Source of the DNA: a virus
Reading direction: 5' to 3' (one strand)
DNA length: 58,669 nucleotides
IMG/VR virus record: IMGVR_UViG_3300005613_000075
Location: 1 to 58,669 of that record
Position numbers and translations under genes: made by a program. Below, piece by piece: positions 8,825 through 18,771 of the stretch. A model generated the notes under the pieces. The model saw nothing but the letters and a program-made list of their open reading frames with translations, was not told the origin of the DNA and did no database searches. The stretch's first letter is position 1, and each line of letters starts with the position of its first letter.

Positions 8825-8999
8825 GGATGAAATTAACGCGTATCGGGTATCCGTTGAAGGTCGTTGGCTTGATGCCACGTAGAGCCTTCAACCCAGCTAC
8901 GCCGGACTGGACGGTGGCATATAGGCGAATACTGTTGTTGTGGGCTTACGTGACAGGTTGGGAGCCATAAGAGTAAAATCAGGAAGGATGAGACTAAGC

Positions 9000-9125
9000 A
9001 TGGCAACAAAAAGAGGAAACAAAGGTCGAGGCAGCCGAGGTTCATGTGGCGGTACTCGCCGTCGAGATGGTAGTGGCGGTGGTGTTGGTAATAAAGGCAC
9101 ATCAAGACAACCAAAGAAGAAGTGA
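9000..9125 (+). CDS. Small highly basic Arg/Gly/Lys-rich peptide (41 aa), possible DNA-associated or internal head protein
   Basis: MATKRGNKGRGSRGSCGGTRRRDGSGGGVGNKGTSRQPKKK; AGGAAGG SD about 16 nt upstream (long spacing). Confidence 0.35.
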   Translation: MATKRGNKGRGSRGSCGGTRRRDGSGGGVGNKGTSRQPKKK

Positions 9126-9169
9126 GTATTACGTTGCTTAAAGTGGTTGAGCCTGGAGGGTAAAGTGAG

Positions 9170-10525
9170 ATGCCCTATGCGCGCTGGGAAGATGTAAATC
9201 CCGCCCTGAAAAGTATAAAGCCCAAAATTAGCTTGAATCAAGCCAACATGATTTCACGTTGGGCCGACAAAATGGAGGCGTCAGATAATCCGCCCGATTC
9301 CCCTTGGGCCGTCGCGATAGCGAATTTCAAGAAAATTTACACTCCTAAAGACGGACGCTGGGTGAAAAAGGAAATGGGCGAGAAAGAGGAGAACGACTCG
9401 ATGGAAGAGGTGACCAAGACAATAGGCGGGGAAGCGCGGCCTGCGGGCGATTTCCTGGTGGTAATAGACGCAGAGAAACCCTCTACCTGGCACTTGCCTG
9501 TCAAGAAGAACGGCAAGCCTGACCATAAGCTCATGGGCGCAGCCTGGGCCGCGTTGCACGTGGGTTTTCGGGGCAAAACCTACGAAGGGCCTGAGAAATC
9601 GAAGGCTATCTCCAAGCTGAAGGCCATGTACAAAAGCGAAGAGATAGAGCTGCCGGAAGCTGAGCCGCCAGAGGTTCCCAAACCACAGGCCATGAGGGAG
9701 CAATTGTCCGATGGTAGTCTGGACGAATTCGGACAGCGTATTCGGTGGGCGTTTCAAGATGTGTTTGGTATGGGTGATGTGAATGCTCTTTCCAGTCTGT
9801 GGGTTCTAGAAGTCTTTCGCAATCATCCCCGTATGGGTAATTGCCTGATTGTAGAAGAACCGGGTTATGTATTCTATCAGGTTGGCTATGAAGAGACAGG
9901 ACGTGACTTCTACTTCGCGGAACAGGGTGACTGGCAAGAGGTAGTCAGGGTATGGGAGCCAGTGCCGAGTTCTGAGACGGAAGAGACCGCAACCGTTGAG
10001 GTGGCGGAATCAGAACTGGAAGAGGTCAAGGTGGGACACGCCTTGAGGCTAATAGAGGCTGAGGGCGAACAGACAGACATTGTGCCATTGGCAATGGAGG
10101 TCTGTCTGATCGAACCCGGCTGGGGTAACAAGCGTGATAAGAACTTCTATCCTGCCGAGGTTCTGAAGCGAGACGCAGAGGTCTTTGTCGATGCCAAGAT
10201 GTATGAAAAAGACCACACTCCCGACAAGACGAATCGAGATTGGGTGTCTATTGTAGATTCGATTGTCGGTGAAACGGAATTAGGTGGGCCTGTGGCGAGA
10301 GTCATAGTGCACGACGAGGGTTTTGCCAAACGAGCTATCGCCTTGAGTAAGGCTGACAAGTTGCAACACTTGGAGTGTTCGATCATGGCTCGCGGCAAGG
10401 CCAAGAAGGATCAACAAATTGGTGAGCAACGCGGCAATTGGGTGGAGGCGATTACCGAAGCCCTGGCGGTAGATTGGGTCACCAAGGCTGGCGCGAGAGG
10501 ACATGCCGTCAGTTTAGACAAATAG
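9170..10525 (+). CDS. Head-morphogenesis protein with N-terminal ChaB-like domain (possible scaffold/protease-related)
   Basis: N-terminus MPYARWEDV...SPWAVAIANFKKIYTPKDGRWVKK resembles the ChaB family pattern. 451 aa, sited before the acidic scaffold-like gene and the capsid gene. Confidence 0.5.
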   Translation: MPYARWEDVNPALKSIKPKISLNQANMISRWADKMEASDNPPDSPWAVAIANFKKIYTPKDGRWVKKEMGEKEENDSMEEVTKTIGGEARPAGDFLVVIDAEKPSTWHLPVKKNGKPDHKLMGAAWAALHVGFRGKTYEGPEKSKAISKLKAMYKSEEIELPEAEPPEVPKPQAMREQLSDGSLDEFGQRIRWAFQDVFGMGDVNALSSLWVLEVFRNHPRMGNCLIVEEPGYVFYQVGYEETGRDFYFAEQGDWQEVVRVWEPVPSSETEETATVEVAESELEEVKVGHALRLIEAEGEQTDIVPLAMEVCLIEPGWGNKRDKNFYPAEVLKRDAEVFVDAKMYEKDHTPDKTNRDWVSIVDSIVGETELGGPVARVIVHDEGFAKRAIALSKADKLQHLECSIMARGKAKKDQQIGEQRGNWVEAITEALAVDWVTKAGARGHAVSLDK

Positions 10526-10534
10526 GAGGTTGTC

Positions 10535-11011
10535 ATGTCAAAAAAGCGAGAGGAAGAACTCGACCGTCTGTTAGAGGAACTGGACGAGATCATTATTGCC
10601 GAGGAAGAGGCTGAGCAGGTCGAAGAAGCACAGGCCGAGGACGAAGAGCAAGAGTCACAAGAATCAGACCTTGAAACTGAGCCTACGGAATCTTCGGAAG
10701 AGGGAGATGACCCTGACGAGACGTCAGGCGAGGAAAGCCAATATCTATCTGAGACCGATGTGGCAACATTTCTCTCCAGGACACGTCTGCCGGAAGTAGT
10801 GAAGCAGCGATTGGGCAAAGGTCAATATTCCGACCTCGACGATCTGAAAACTGCGGCAGCGAACGAGATCGAGTATGTCAAGGCCGTGACTGGATCAGGC
10901 AAGCCATTCGGGTTGGGGGAGACTCAAGAGGCTCCTGCTGATATCAAGCTGGACGAGAAAGCATACAAGGAACGCCTTGACGAAATCAACAAGAAGTGGT
11001 TGGGCGCGTAA
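10535..11011 (+). CDS. Scaffolding protein (putative), very acidic coiled-coil
   Basis: Glu/Asp-rich helical 158-aa ORF immediately upstream of the decoration and capsid genes; AGGAGG SD. Confidence 0.55.
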   Translation: MSKKREEELDRLLEELDEIIIAEEEAEQVEEAQAEDEEQESQESDLETEPTESSEEGDDPDETSGEESQYLSETDVATFLSRTRLPEVVKQRLGKGQYSDLDDLKTAAANEIEYVKAVTGSGKPFGLGETQEAPADIKLDEKAYKERLDEINKKWLGA

Positions 11012-11059
11012 GCGTCCGGCTCCTAGAAGTGTAGTTGAGGAACTACAGGAGGTTTCACA

Positions 11060-11557
11060 ATGACTGAAGTGATCAATCAAGATTATGAAGTTTCGAGTGA
11101 AGGCGCTGTACGACGCTGGGAGATTCCCTATGCCCGGATGACCGATACCTCGCCTACGGTAACACTACCGGCGGAGGTCACCTGTCTGTTGGACGGGAAG
11201 CAAATGACCGGTACGGTGCTGTCAATTGACGCCACTGACAGCGTGGCTATCGTAGACTTTACCTGCTCGATGGTCTACCAGCACAACGTCCGGAACGTAT
11301 TGACCTATAACCCCGGCGTGGCGGAATTGACCTGGGGGCCTATCAACATTGGCGACCTGGTGTACTACGACAGTTCGGCCTCAATGCCGGCTGGCACAAA
11401 ACTGAGCACCAGTCCTTTGAACACCGGCGGGACGGCCAATTCGCTGTTTGGACGAGCGGTGCCCTATGACATTGCGGCCGACACCTTCCCGAAGGGCGGA
11501 ATCACCGCGTCCACGCAGGTGTGTGCCATAATGCAGGTGGGGGCTGGCGGTTCATAA
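11060..11557 (+). CDS. Head decoration-like protein (DUF2190-like pattern, putative)
   Basis: 165 aa directly before the major capsid gene; GDLVYYD...GRAV...VGAGGS pattern; AGGAGG SD. Confidence 0.45.
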   Translation: MTEVINQDYEVSSEGAVRRWEIPYARMTDTSPTVTLPAEVTCLLDGKQMTGTVLSIDATDSVAIVDFTCSMVYQHNVRNVLTYNPGVAELTWGPINIGDLVYYDSSASMPAGTKLSTSPLNTGGTANSLFGRAVPYDIAADTFPKGGITASTQVCAIMQVGAGGS

Positions 11558-11607
11558 ATACTGACAGTTGTTGGATAACTGTCCAGGAATGTAATGGAGG
11601 TAATACC

Positions 11608-12792
11608 ATGTATCAAGTAATTCAATGGTTGAAAGACACCGCAGAGGCCGTTCACGAAAAGGGGGAGACCCCTTCCAGTGGGCAATTTGCCGAGGCCATG
11701 TTCTGGGGCGCGGTCGAATCTGACAGGGGAGCGGAATATACGGATGAACGGCGTAAGTTGGTAAAAGACCGGGCGTTCGATATTCAGATGAGCGCGTTCA
11801 CGGTGCTGGAGAAGAATTGGCGACAGATGAACGGACGGGAATTCGTCGAGACGATGACCACCGCTCATTTCGCTGACTATTTCTCCACCGCTTTGTCCCG
11901 GCTGTTCTACAAGGACTATGAATATCAAGTGGGAGCCTGGGTGAACTATACCTATGCTGACACCACACCTGACTTTCGGGACGTTGACCGGCACAGGATG
12001 ACCGAACCCGGGACGTTGTATCGCCGCCGCGAGAAGGCTGAAGCCAAAGCGACGGACATCTCTGATAGTCACATTTCCTACGGGGTAGAGGAATACGCCC
12101 GGCAGTTCGACGTAAGTTGGCAGACCATCGTCAACGACGACCTGGGAAAGATCAAAGAGACTCCGCAGAGAATGTTCAAAGCCGCCAAGAGATTCGAGGA
12201 TAGTTTCGTCTCGAACCTGTACGACAACGCTACCACCCAGGGTACGATTGCCGGGTTGGGAGCGCCTTGGTCAGGTACAGGACGGTTGACCGCTGCTAAC
12301 CTGGCTATCGGACTGAACGCCATGATGCAACGGACGGATGCCAGTGGTATACAGATGAACATCGGTCGGGTGCATCTGGTCATTCCGCCCATTCTCAAAA
12401 TTCAGGCCCAGGCGGTACTCAAGGACCTGATTCAGTACGGAGCGGGGGGAGTGGGAGACATCCTGTCGCAGTACATCGCTGGCGTGCATGTAGATCCCTA
12501 TATCACGACCGCCGGGGCTAACGTGCCCTGGTATCTGTTTGCTGATCCTAGTGAAATACCGGCGGTGACCGTAGCCCGTCTGAATGGCTGGACCGGTCCG
12601 GCTGTCTTCATGAAAAAGTCCAACATGGAGACCATCATGGGCAGCGCTCCGGCGGCGATTCTGATGGGATCGTTCGAGACGGGCGACATCGAGTACATGG
12701 TGGAAGATGTCATCGGCGGCTGGGACGACGCAAGCCTAGTGGGGGTCAGCGATTACCGCGGGCTGTATTACTCTTCAGGTACTACGGTGTAA
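11608..12792 (+). CDS. Major capsid protein (putative, Mu gpT/HK97-fold-like)
   Basis: 394 aa from the ATG at 11608 with GGAGG SD; position after scaffold/decoration; FDVSWQTIVNDDLG-type motif. Confidence 0.7.
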   Translation: MYQVIQWLKDTAEAVHEKGETPSSGQFAEAMFWGAVESDRGAEYTDERRKLVKDRAFDIQMSAFTVLEKNWRQMNGREFVETMTTAHFADYFSTALSRLFYKDYEYQVGAWVNYTYADTTPDFRDVDRHRMTEPGTLYRRREKAEAKATDISDSHISYGVEEYARQFDVSWQTIVNDDLGKIKETPQRMFKAAKRFEDSFVSNLYDNATTQGTIAGLGAPWSGTGRLTAANLAIGLNAMMQRTDASGIQMNIGRVHLVIPPILKIQAQAVLKDLIQYGAGGVGDILSQYIAGVHVDPYITTAGANVPWYLFADPSEIPAVTVARLNGWTGPAVFMKKSNMETIMGSAPAAILMGSFETGDIEYMVEDVIGGWDDASLVGVSDYRGLYYSSGTTV

Positions 12793-12806
12793 CAGAAAGA
12801 GAAACT

Positions 12807-13553
12807 ATGAAACATTGTCCACGGTGCGGTAAAGATTTGCCTGAAGAAGCCTTTCACAAGAATAGATGCCGAGTCGATGGATTGCATCAATGCTGTAAAG
12901 AATGTCGAAGTAAATATCGACGGGCTAGGTATGCAGCTAATCCGGAATTGCGAGAGGCTAGAGCAGAGGAATACCGAGAACATGCCATGGACCCAGAGTT
13001 TGTGGAGAATAATAGACGACGGGTCAGGGAGTATTGTCGCGAGAAACGTTCAGATCCAGAGTGGCGCGCGATTGAAAGGGAACGTCTAGCCTGGAAGAAT
13101 CTTAGTTCTGAACAGAAACAACAGGCCATAGATAGACAACGGGTTAGACGTGCTGCTAACAGGGAGATATTTAATCGCAAACAGAATGAATATCGTAGGG
13201 AACGACGCAAGAAAGACGCTAAATTCCGACAGGCCAAACGCGATGAGGCAAAGATGAGGAAGCATCTGAAACGCGCCAACGGCGGTTCGTATACCGCAGA
13301 AGAATGGAATACTATGTGTTTGTTCGTTGGTGGCCGGTGTGTTGCATGTGGACAAATTGCTGAACTAACAGTAGATCATATCATCCCCGTATCCATGGGC
13401 GGCGGGAATGATATAAACAACATTCAGCCCCTCTGCATGTCTTGTAATGCTAGTAAGGGTGCAACCGAAATGGATTTCCGCCCATTAACACTGTGGGCGA
13501 TAATGCCTGAGACAAGGGCAGAGTTCGCCTGTTTGGAGGGGGACAATGGCTAA
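12807..13553 (+). CDS. HNH endonuclease with N-terminal zinc ribbon and Arg/Lys-rich helical repeats
   Basis: CPRCG...CCKEC N-terminus; CVACG...DHIIPVSMGG...NIQPLCMSCNASKG HNH motif; inserted between the capsid and connector genes. Confidence 0.85.
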   Translation: MKHCPRCGKDLPEEAFHKNRCRVDGLHQCCKECRSKYRRARYAANPELREARAEEYREHAMDPEFVENNRRRVREYCREKRSDPEWRAIERERLAWKNLSSEQKQQAIDRQRVRRAANREIFNRKQNEYRRERRKKDAKFRQAKRDEAKMRKHLKRANGGSYTAEEWNTMCLFVGGRCVACGQIAELTVDHIIPVSMGGGNDINNIQPLCMSCNASKGATEMDFRPLTLWAIMPETRAEFACLEGDNG

Positions 13554-13830
13554 CAAAACGAAGCCTGCTGGGGTAGTGACCAAAACGGTAAGAGGACGGT
13601 CGGTTGATTGTATCCAGCCTGGTAGTCAAGCGATGGATGATCTCTTGGCTGTCGGCTATGGTATGACCGTGGCAGAGGCGCGGACGATCATCAAGGAACG
13701 AGATGAGAATCCTCAGTCCTGGCCTTACGAAGAGTACAAGAAAGCCAAGGCAATGTTGGCTGCTTTCGAGGCTGAGCCACAGGTCGTATCAAAGACGCCA
13801 GGTTGGGTACGCCAGCGGGACGCAAGATAG
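13546..13830 (+). CDS. Hypothetical protein
   Basis: GGAGGGGGA SD, overlaps the HNH stop; 94 aa. Confidence 0.55.
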   Translation: MANKTKPAGVVTKTVRGRSVDCIQPGSQAMDDLLAVGYGMTVAEARTIIKERDENPQSWPYEEYKKAKAMLAAFEAEPQVVSKTPGWVRQRDAR

Positions 13831-13839
13831 GAGGTAACA

Positions 13840-14844
13840 ATGGTAAATCCAGAATTGGGCTACCATGCGGGCCGCAGCCCGCAATGGGGTATTCAAGGTA
13901 CCGGTCTGGGAGCTACAGTCGGACCGGGTAAACAGGTGTTCTATGTGGATGCCGCTCATGCCAATGCCTCTGATTACCATGATGGTACAGAGAGCTTCGC
14001 GCCTTTGGCGACTCTGCAAGCATTGATCGATCGCACTGCCGCTATCGCTGCCGGTACAGGGACCAGACAACCGTATCTCAAAGAGAACGACACGGTCTAC
14101 ATCATGTCTGACCTTACCGAATCGGTGGTGACCGGTGATACTACCGACATGCCGGCTCACGTCAATATCGTGGGAATGTATTCGGATGAATGGTCTCCTG
14201 CCTGGGCCACCGACGCGGTAGGTAGTCCCTGTTTGACTCTACGGGCTTTGGGTTGGACGGTACAGGGTATCAAGTTCCTGCCGGGCAGCGCGGCCGCGGG
14301 TATCAAATTGGAATTGGTGGCGGCCAGTGACTACAATGCCAGTCGAGCTACCATCAAGAACTGTGAGTTCGACGGGGCCTATACCGGCTTCTATGGTATA
14401 GAGTTCTACGGTGCACCGTATGATGTCAAGATCATCGGCTGCGAGTTCCGGGAATTAACCGCGGCGGGCAACGCCTACGCTATCATCATCACCAATACCA
14501 GCTTTGCCCATCCCTACATGTGTAAGATTATCGACAACCTGTTTTGGGAGAACGAGAACCATGTAGGGTCATTCGACCAGCTCAGGTGTTTCAACACCTG
14601 CCTGTTCAAGGGCAACATCTTCCATGAAGGGTCGGGGATCGCAGCTACCAACAAGCTGGACATGCGCGGCGGAGCCAGCGGCAACAATATCGTTACTGGT
14701 AACGTCTTTTGTGGTGACTACTCAAACGCGGGGGGATACTACGCTAATGTGGCTACGCCCGGCAACTGGGTAGGCAACTTCGCCGAGGATGTAGCGGCCT
14801 TACAGGTGGCGGACAACGGCCTCACCGTCGCTATTCCGGCATAG
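13840..14844 (+). CDS. Right-handed parallel beta-helix repeat protein, paralog 1
   Basis: Repeated IKNCEFDG / IIGCEFRE / IIDNLFWE / FKGNIFHE / VTGNVFCG rungs; AGGAGG SD. Confidence 0.65.
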   Translation: MVNPELGYHAGRSPQWGIQGTGLGATVGPGKQVFYVDAAHANASDYHDGTESFAPLATLQALIDRTAAIAAGTGTRQPYLKENDTVYIMSDLTESVVTGDTTDMPAHVNIVGMYSDEWSPAWATDAVGSPCLTLRALGWTVQGIKFLPGSAAAGIKLELVAASDYNASRATIKNCEFDGAYTGFYGIEFYGAPYDVKIIGCEFRELTAAGNAYAIIITNTSFAHPYMCKIIDNLFWENENHVGSFDQLRCFNTCLFKGNIFHEGSGIAATNKLDMRGGASGNNIVTGNVFCGDYSNAGGYYANVATPGNWVGNFAEDVAALQVADNGLTVAIPA

Positions 14845-14850
14845 GAGGAT

Positions 14851-15723
14851 ATGATAATGGGAAATCCAAAATCTGCGGCTTGGTATGGCAGTGATCTGGC
14901 AAACTACGTCATACCCGGGGCAGGACTGGGCAACGTGTTTTATTGTGACGGCTGTGCCGGGAGTAACGACAACGGTGGGCTAAGTCCACAGACTCCTAAA
15001 TTGACTCTGACCGCAGCCCTGGCTTTGTGCACCAATGACATGAACGATACCATCGTCGTGCTGGACTACTGGCAGCCTGCCGGGGAGACCTGGCCGGTCA
15101 GTATCAACAAGAGCAAGGTTAACATCATTGGCACACCTTCCGGGTCGTTTCGACCCTGGGCATGTGTCGCCCCTCCCGGTGACACGGCTTGCTTTAGCAT
15201 TGCGGCCAGTGATGTTATCGTGCGTGGGTTCTACTTTGACGCCGGGGCCAGCCATGCCGGTATAGAGTTCGCTAACAACAAATGTCGTATGGGTATCTAC
15301 GATTGTTACTTTGGTACCGGGGCGATGGGTGTGATGAGTGCCGCTGGTGGAATAACGTTCGGGCTAGAGATACGCAATTGTTTCTTCCAGCAGTCCCTGA
15401 CCGCGCAGGGTATCTACATCAACGATGACCCGGCCTTCATCAAGATCATCGGCAACGTGTTCGACCGGGTGCAGGGCGTGGCTATCGAAGTGGTACAGGG
15501 TGGCGCACCAATGATCCTGGACAACGTTATCGCCTTGCCTTCCAACACGGCGGGTATGGCTATCACGTTAGGTGCTTCGGTCACGCGGGCTATCGTCAAC
15601 GGTAACTCGGCCAACTACGGTGATACGGTAATGGGCAATGTACCGTTCACCGATGGCGCGGGGGCTGGGGTCAATAGCTGGCTGTTGAACTATCAAGGCA
15701 CGACGGCGGCAATGCCGAACTAG
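14851..15723 (+). CDS. Right-handed parallel beta-helix repeat protein, paralog 2 (start may be the ATG at 14857)
   Basis: VRGFYFDA / IYDCYFGT / IRNCFFQQ / IIGNVFDR / ILDNVIAL rungs. Confidence 0.65.
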   Translation: MIMGNPKSAAWYGSDLANYVIPGAGLGNVFYCDGCAGSNDNGGLSPQTPKLTLTAALALCTNDMNDTIVVLDYWQPAGETWPVSINKSKVNIIGTPSGSFRPWACVAPPGDTACFSIAASDVIVRGFYFDAGASHAGIEFANNKCRMGIYDCYFGTGAMGVMSAAGGITFGLEIRNCFFQQSLTAQGIYINDDPAFIKIIGNVFDRVQGVAIEVVQGGAPMILDNVIALPSNTAGMAITLGASVTRAIVNGNSANYGDTVMGNVPFTDGAGAGVNSWLLNYQGTTAAMPN

Positions 15724-15733
15724 GAGGTTAGAC

Positions 15734-15898
15734 ATGGCTGATAAGAAATCTGAAAAGGAAGTCAAGGATAAGCCGAAGGTCAAAGTTGAACCTCGGTTCA
15801 AATCGGAAGCTGAGTTGGTGCAGTTCCTAAAGAATCAGTTTGACGCATTGCCGGCAGACAAACAGAAGATGCTCAATGACTTTCGCCAAAAGAAATAG
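15734..15898 (+). CDS. Lys-rich 54-aa miniprotein
   Basis: Not in the ORF track (<60 aa). AGGAGG SD 6 nt upstream. MADKKSEKEVKDKPKVKVEPRF...FRQKK. Confidence 0.45.
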   Translation: MADKKSEKEVKDKPKVKVEPRFKSEAELVQFLKNQFDALPADKQKMLNDFRQKK

Positions 15899-15907
15899 GA
15901 GGTCGCC

Positions 15908-16885
15908 ATGACCGTAAGAGACAGAACGGCGGGCTATATGCCCGGTCAGGCGGGCGTGTTGGGGATAGACTTCACCGCGCGCTATGCCAAGTCCATGATG
16001 GCCGATAGTCGTCTCCTATACGTCAATCCCAATCACGACCGTGCTACAGATAATGGTAACACCGGAGAAGATCCGGAATGTCCCTTTGCTACGGTGGCAG
16101 CCGCTCTTCTCCGGTGTAGAGACAACCGGGGTGACGTGATCTTTGTCGGTCAGAACGATGGCTGGCAATGGGGCGGCGGTTCGGCCTGGAGGACACCTAT
16201 CGCGGAAGAGGTAATCATCACCGTAGACGGCATCAGTCTGGTGGGAATACAACCGGGCACGATGGGCGTACCCTGGAACCCGGTGACAGCAGCGGGAGCA
16301 GGGGTGTGTATCACCGTTAATGCCATAGACGTGTCAATCGAAGGATTCAATTTCTTTGCTGATACAGCTCTGGGCGGGACGGCTATCGCCATGAACTGGG
16401 ATGGGACAACGACCTTCGGTGACAATACCGAAATTTCCTATTGTCAGTTTGATGAAGATGTGACCACCGCTATACAGGGCGATGGGACCTGGTATACGCA
16501 CATTCATCATTGCTGGTTTCAACAGGTTGATACCGATGGGATCATCGCCACGGCAGCAGAATCATTTCATATCCATGACTGCACCTTCATAGACGCCGGT
16601 GTCCCAAGTAGCGGGGCGGCCATTGCTTTGCCTGGTGCTGATCGTTGTAATATCCATCACAACTATATTTTCAATAGCAATGCTATCGCGGCGGCCGCGG
16701 CTACAGATGAGGGTATCAATCTTACCGGTGGCAGTGACAATATCGTCGGTGGCAATTACTTCTCTTGTATCCTGACCGATACAGGTGCCAACGGGGATTG
16801 GGGAGACCTCAATACTGGTGGGGCAACGGATGCCTGGCCTGGGAATTGGTGTACCACTGGTCTGGCGGTAACAACGCCATCATAG
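15908..16885 (+). CDS. Right-handed parallel beta-helix repeat protein, paralog 3
   Basis: IEGFNFFA / ISYCQFDE / IHHCWFQQ / IHDCTFID / IHHNYIFN / VGGNYFSC rungs; AGGAGG SD. Confidence 0.65.
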   Translation: MTVRDRTAGYMPGQAGVLGIDFTARYAKSMMADSRLLYVNPNHDRATDNGNTGEDPECPFATVAAALLRCRDNRGDVIFVGQNDGWQWGGGSAWRTPIAEEVIITVDGISLVGIQPGTMGVPWNPVTAAGAGVCITVNAIDVSIEGFNFFADTALGGTAIAMNWDGTTTFGDNTEISYCQFDEDVTTAIQGDGTWYTHIHHCWFQQVDTDGIIATAAESFHIHDCTFIDAGVPSSGAAIALPGADRCNIHHNYIFNSNAIAAAAATDEGINLTGGSDNIVGGNYFSCILTDTGANGDWGDLNTGGATDAWPGNWCTTGLAVTTPS

Positions 16886-16893
16886 GAGGCAAT

Positions 16894-17034
16894 ATGAGCA
16901 AGGATAAAGTGGAGGAGCGTATCAAACAGGCCAAGAAGGACCGTAGGGATGCCGTCAAGATTTTGAAACAGCAAGGCAAGAAGATTCCCAAGAAGATCAA
17001 GGAACGAGCTGAGCGGGAAGCTAAAGACGAATAG
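16894..17034 (+). CDS. Lys-rich 46-aa miniprotein
   Basis: AGGAGG SD; MSKDKVEERIKQAKKDRRDAVKILKQQGKKIPKKIKERAEREAKDE; same position relative to a beta-helix gene as 15734..15898. Confidence 0.4.
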   Translation: MSKDKVEERIKQAKKDRRDAVKILKQQGKKIPKKIKERAEREAKDE

Positions 17035-17046
17035 ACAGGGGACAGC

Positions 17047-17457
17047 ATGACTTCAACATACGCCGAGGGGGTATTGTACCTTAATGCCGGAGATAACCTG
17101 TCCGAGGATTTGACCTATCTGGGAGACTTGACGGGTCGGACCCTGCTGTGGGTTACCATCAAAAAGTCACAACAGGATGCTGACGGAGCGGCGCTCATGC
17201 AGATCGAAGAGACCGCCGGGCTGGAATACATCAACGGAGGCGCGGCCGGCACACCTGCCAATGGGGTCATTACCGTAACCAACGTCGTGGCCGGTAATTT
17301 GACCTGGACTTTGCGGGCGACTGAGAGCGTCAAGCTGGTCGACGTAGCTGGTAAGTGTTATTTCGATGTCAAGTGGGCCGATGCGGCCGGGGACGTATGG
17401 ACCTTGTACCGGCGCAAGATAGTCTTCACTACAGACATTACCAGGGCGGTGAGCTGA
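17047..17457 (+). CDS. Hypothetical structural protein
   Basis: 136 aa, beta-rich composition; head-tail region. Confidence 0.5.
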   Translation: MTSTYAEGVLYLNAGDNLSEDLTYLGDLTGRTLLWVTIKKSQQDADGAALMQIEETAGLEYINGGAAGTPANGVITVTNVVAGNLTWTLRATESVKLVDVAGKCYFDVKWADAAGDVWTLYRRKIVFTTDITRAVS

Positions 17458-17897
17458 TGGCTTGTGATGGTAGATATGCCAATGCTGATGACTACCAAGC
17501 GGTGTGGGGCTGCGAGGTCAATCCCGACTATGAGAGTATTATCAACCGGGAATTAGACCTCTCAGCCTCACAGATACACGCGGCTATGGCCGCGGTGGCG
17601 GCTTGCGATTGTACCCTGGCGGACTGGGCCACGCAGTACCTGAAGCATCTCAACTGTATCATTGCTGCTCTGACCTTGCAAGGGGCCTGTCCCTGTCCGA
17701 ACCTGACCGCGGAGGAGGTGCGTATCTACATGGAGTGGGCCAACACCCGGTTGGAGGAAGTACGCACCGGCAAGATCGAATTATGTACCGGTGAGACCGG
17801 GCTTGATTACCCGGCCTTCGCGGTGGCCGAGATAGCAGTGACCGACTTCGCGGCCCGGCGTATCTGGGAGAATTATCGTAAGCGGAGTCGAACCTGA
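17457..17897 (+). CDS. Head-tail connector/adaptor (putative)
   Basis: ATGA overlap with the previous gene; 146 aa; position between head and tail modules. Confidence 0.4.
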   Translation: MACDGRYANADDYQAVWGCEVNPDYESIINRELDLSASQIHAAMAAVAACDCTLADWATQYLKHLNCIIAALTLQGACPCPNLTAEEVRIYMEWANTRLEEVRTGKIELCTGETGLDYPAFAVAEIAVTDFAARRIWENYRKRSRT

Positions 17898-18490
17898 TGG
17901 CGGTAAAGTTTCGTAGCGCAGGTGGTGGGGTTAAGTTGACCGCTATCCTGCCGGAACCGTTGCGAGTCAAGCAGATGGAGGCGGTCATTCTCAGGGACAT
18001 GCAAAAGATGGCCAGGGAGATGAAGAAAGACTTTGCCAAGACGACGGCTACCTGGGACACGAATGTACAATTCCAGTACCGGACCAAGCCCCCGGCCAAG
18101 CCAATGGATGGGAGGGCGAAAATAGATATTCAAGTGGGGCCTAAGCCAAACACCAAAGGAGCAGAGATTTATGGCTATGTGGATAAAGGCACCAGGGGTC
18201 CGTACCCAATTCCCAAGGCAGGCAATACTAGGGCAAAGACACTGGTATTCCAATGGGGCGGAAAAGGTTCTTACAAAGCGAAGACCAAGCCTCGCACATT
18301 AGGATCTACAGGCGGAGGTCCATCGGGGCCAATCGTACACCGTAAGAGGGTGATGCACCCCGGTATTAAGCATCCTCGCAAATTTACCGAGACCATCGCC
18401 CGGCGGTGGGGGCAGCTTAGCCGGGGCTATGCCACCAAGACCATGAGTGGGGTAGCATTGGCTTCCGGGCACAGCATGAAAGGGAGATGA
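17897..18490 (+). CDS. Head closure / tail completion protein (putative)
   Basis: ATGA-type coupling; basic 197-aa protein upstream of the major tail gene. Confidence 0.35.
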   Translation: MAVKFRSAGGGVKLTAILPEPLRVKQMEAVILRDMQKMAREMKKDFAKTTATWDTNVQFQYRTKPPAKPMDGRAKIDIQVGPKPNTKGAEIYGYVDKGTRGPYPIPKAGNTRAKTLVFQWGGKGSYKAKTKPRTLGSTGGGPSGPIVHRKRVMHPGIKHPRKFTETIARRWGQLSRGYATKTMSGVALASGHSMKGR

Positions 18491-18771
18491 GTATGGAAGA
18501 TAAACAGACTTATGATATTGAGCTAGATGAGGAAAGTAAGCAGGTGAAGAAAGTTCCAGAGAAGACCAAGGCTGAAGGGATTCCTTGGGAGGAGCTAAAA
18601 TTCAAGGCGAACGCCAAGGAGTTCGCTAAGGCGATGCGGGACAATGGCTTGCTGACTTACCAGGATGTTCGTACTAACGCTCAGATGGTTGTGCGGCTAT
18701 TGCAGGCCCACTACAAGGTGGACTTGGGCGCGATTCTGGCTTTCGCCAAAGAACATGAGGAGGTTGACTAA
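18487..18771 (+). CDS. Hypothetical protein
   Basis: Overlapping start/stop with both neighbours; 94 aa. Confidence 0.5.
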   Translation: MSMEDKQTYDIELDEESKQVKKVPEKTKAEGIPWEELKFKANAKEFAKAMRDNGLLTYQDVRTNAQMVVRLLQAHYKVDLGAILAFAKEHEEVD

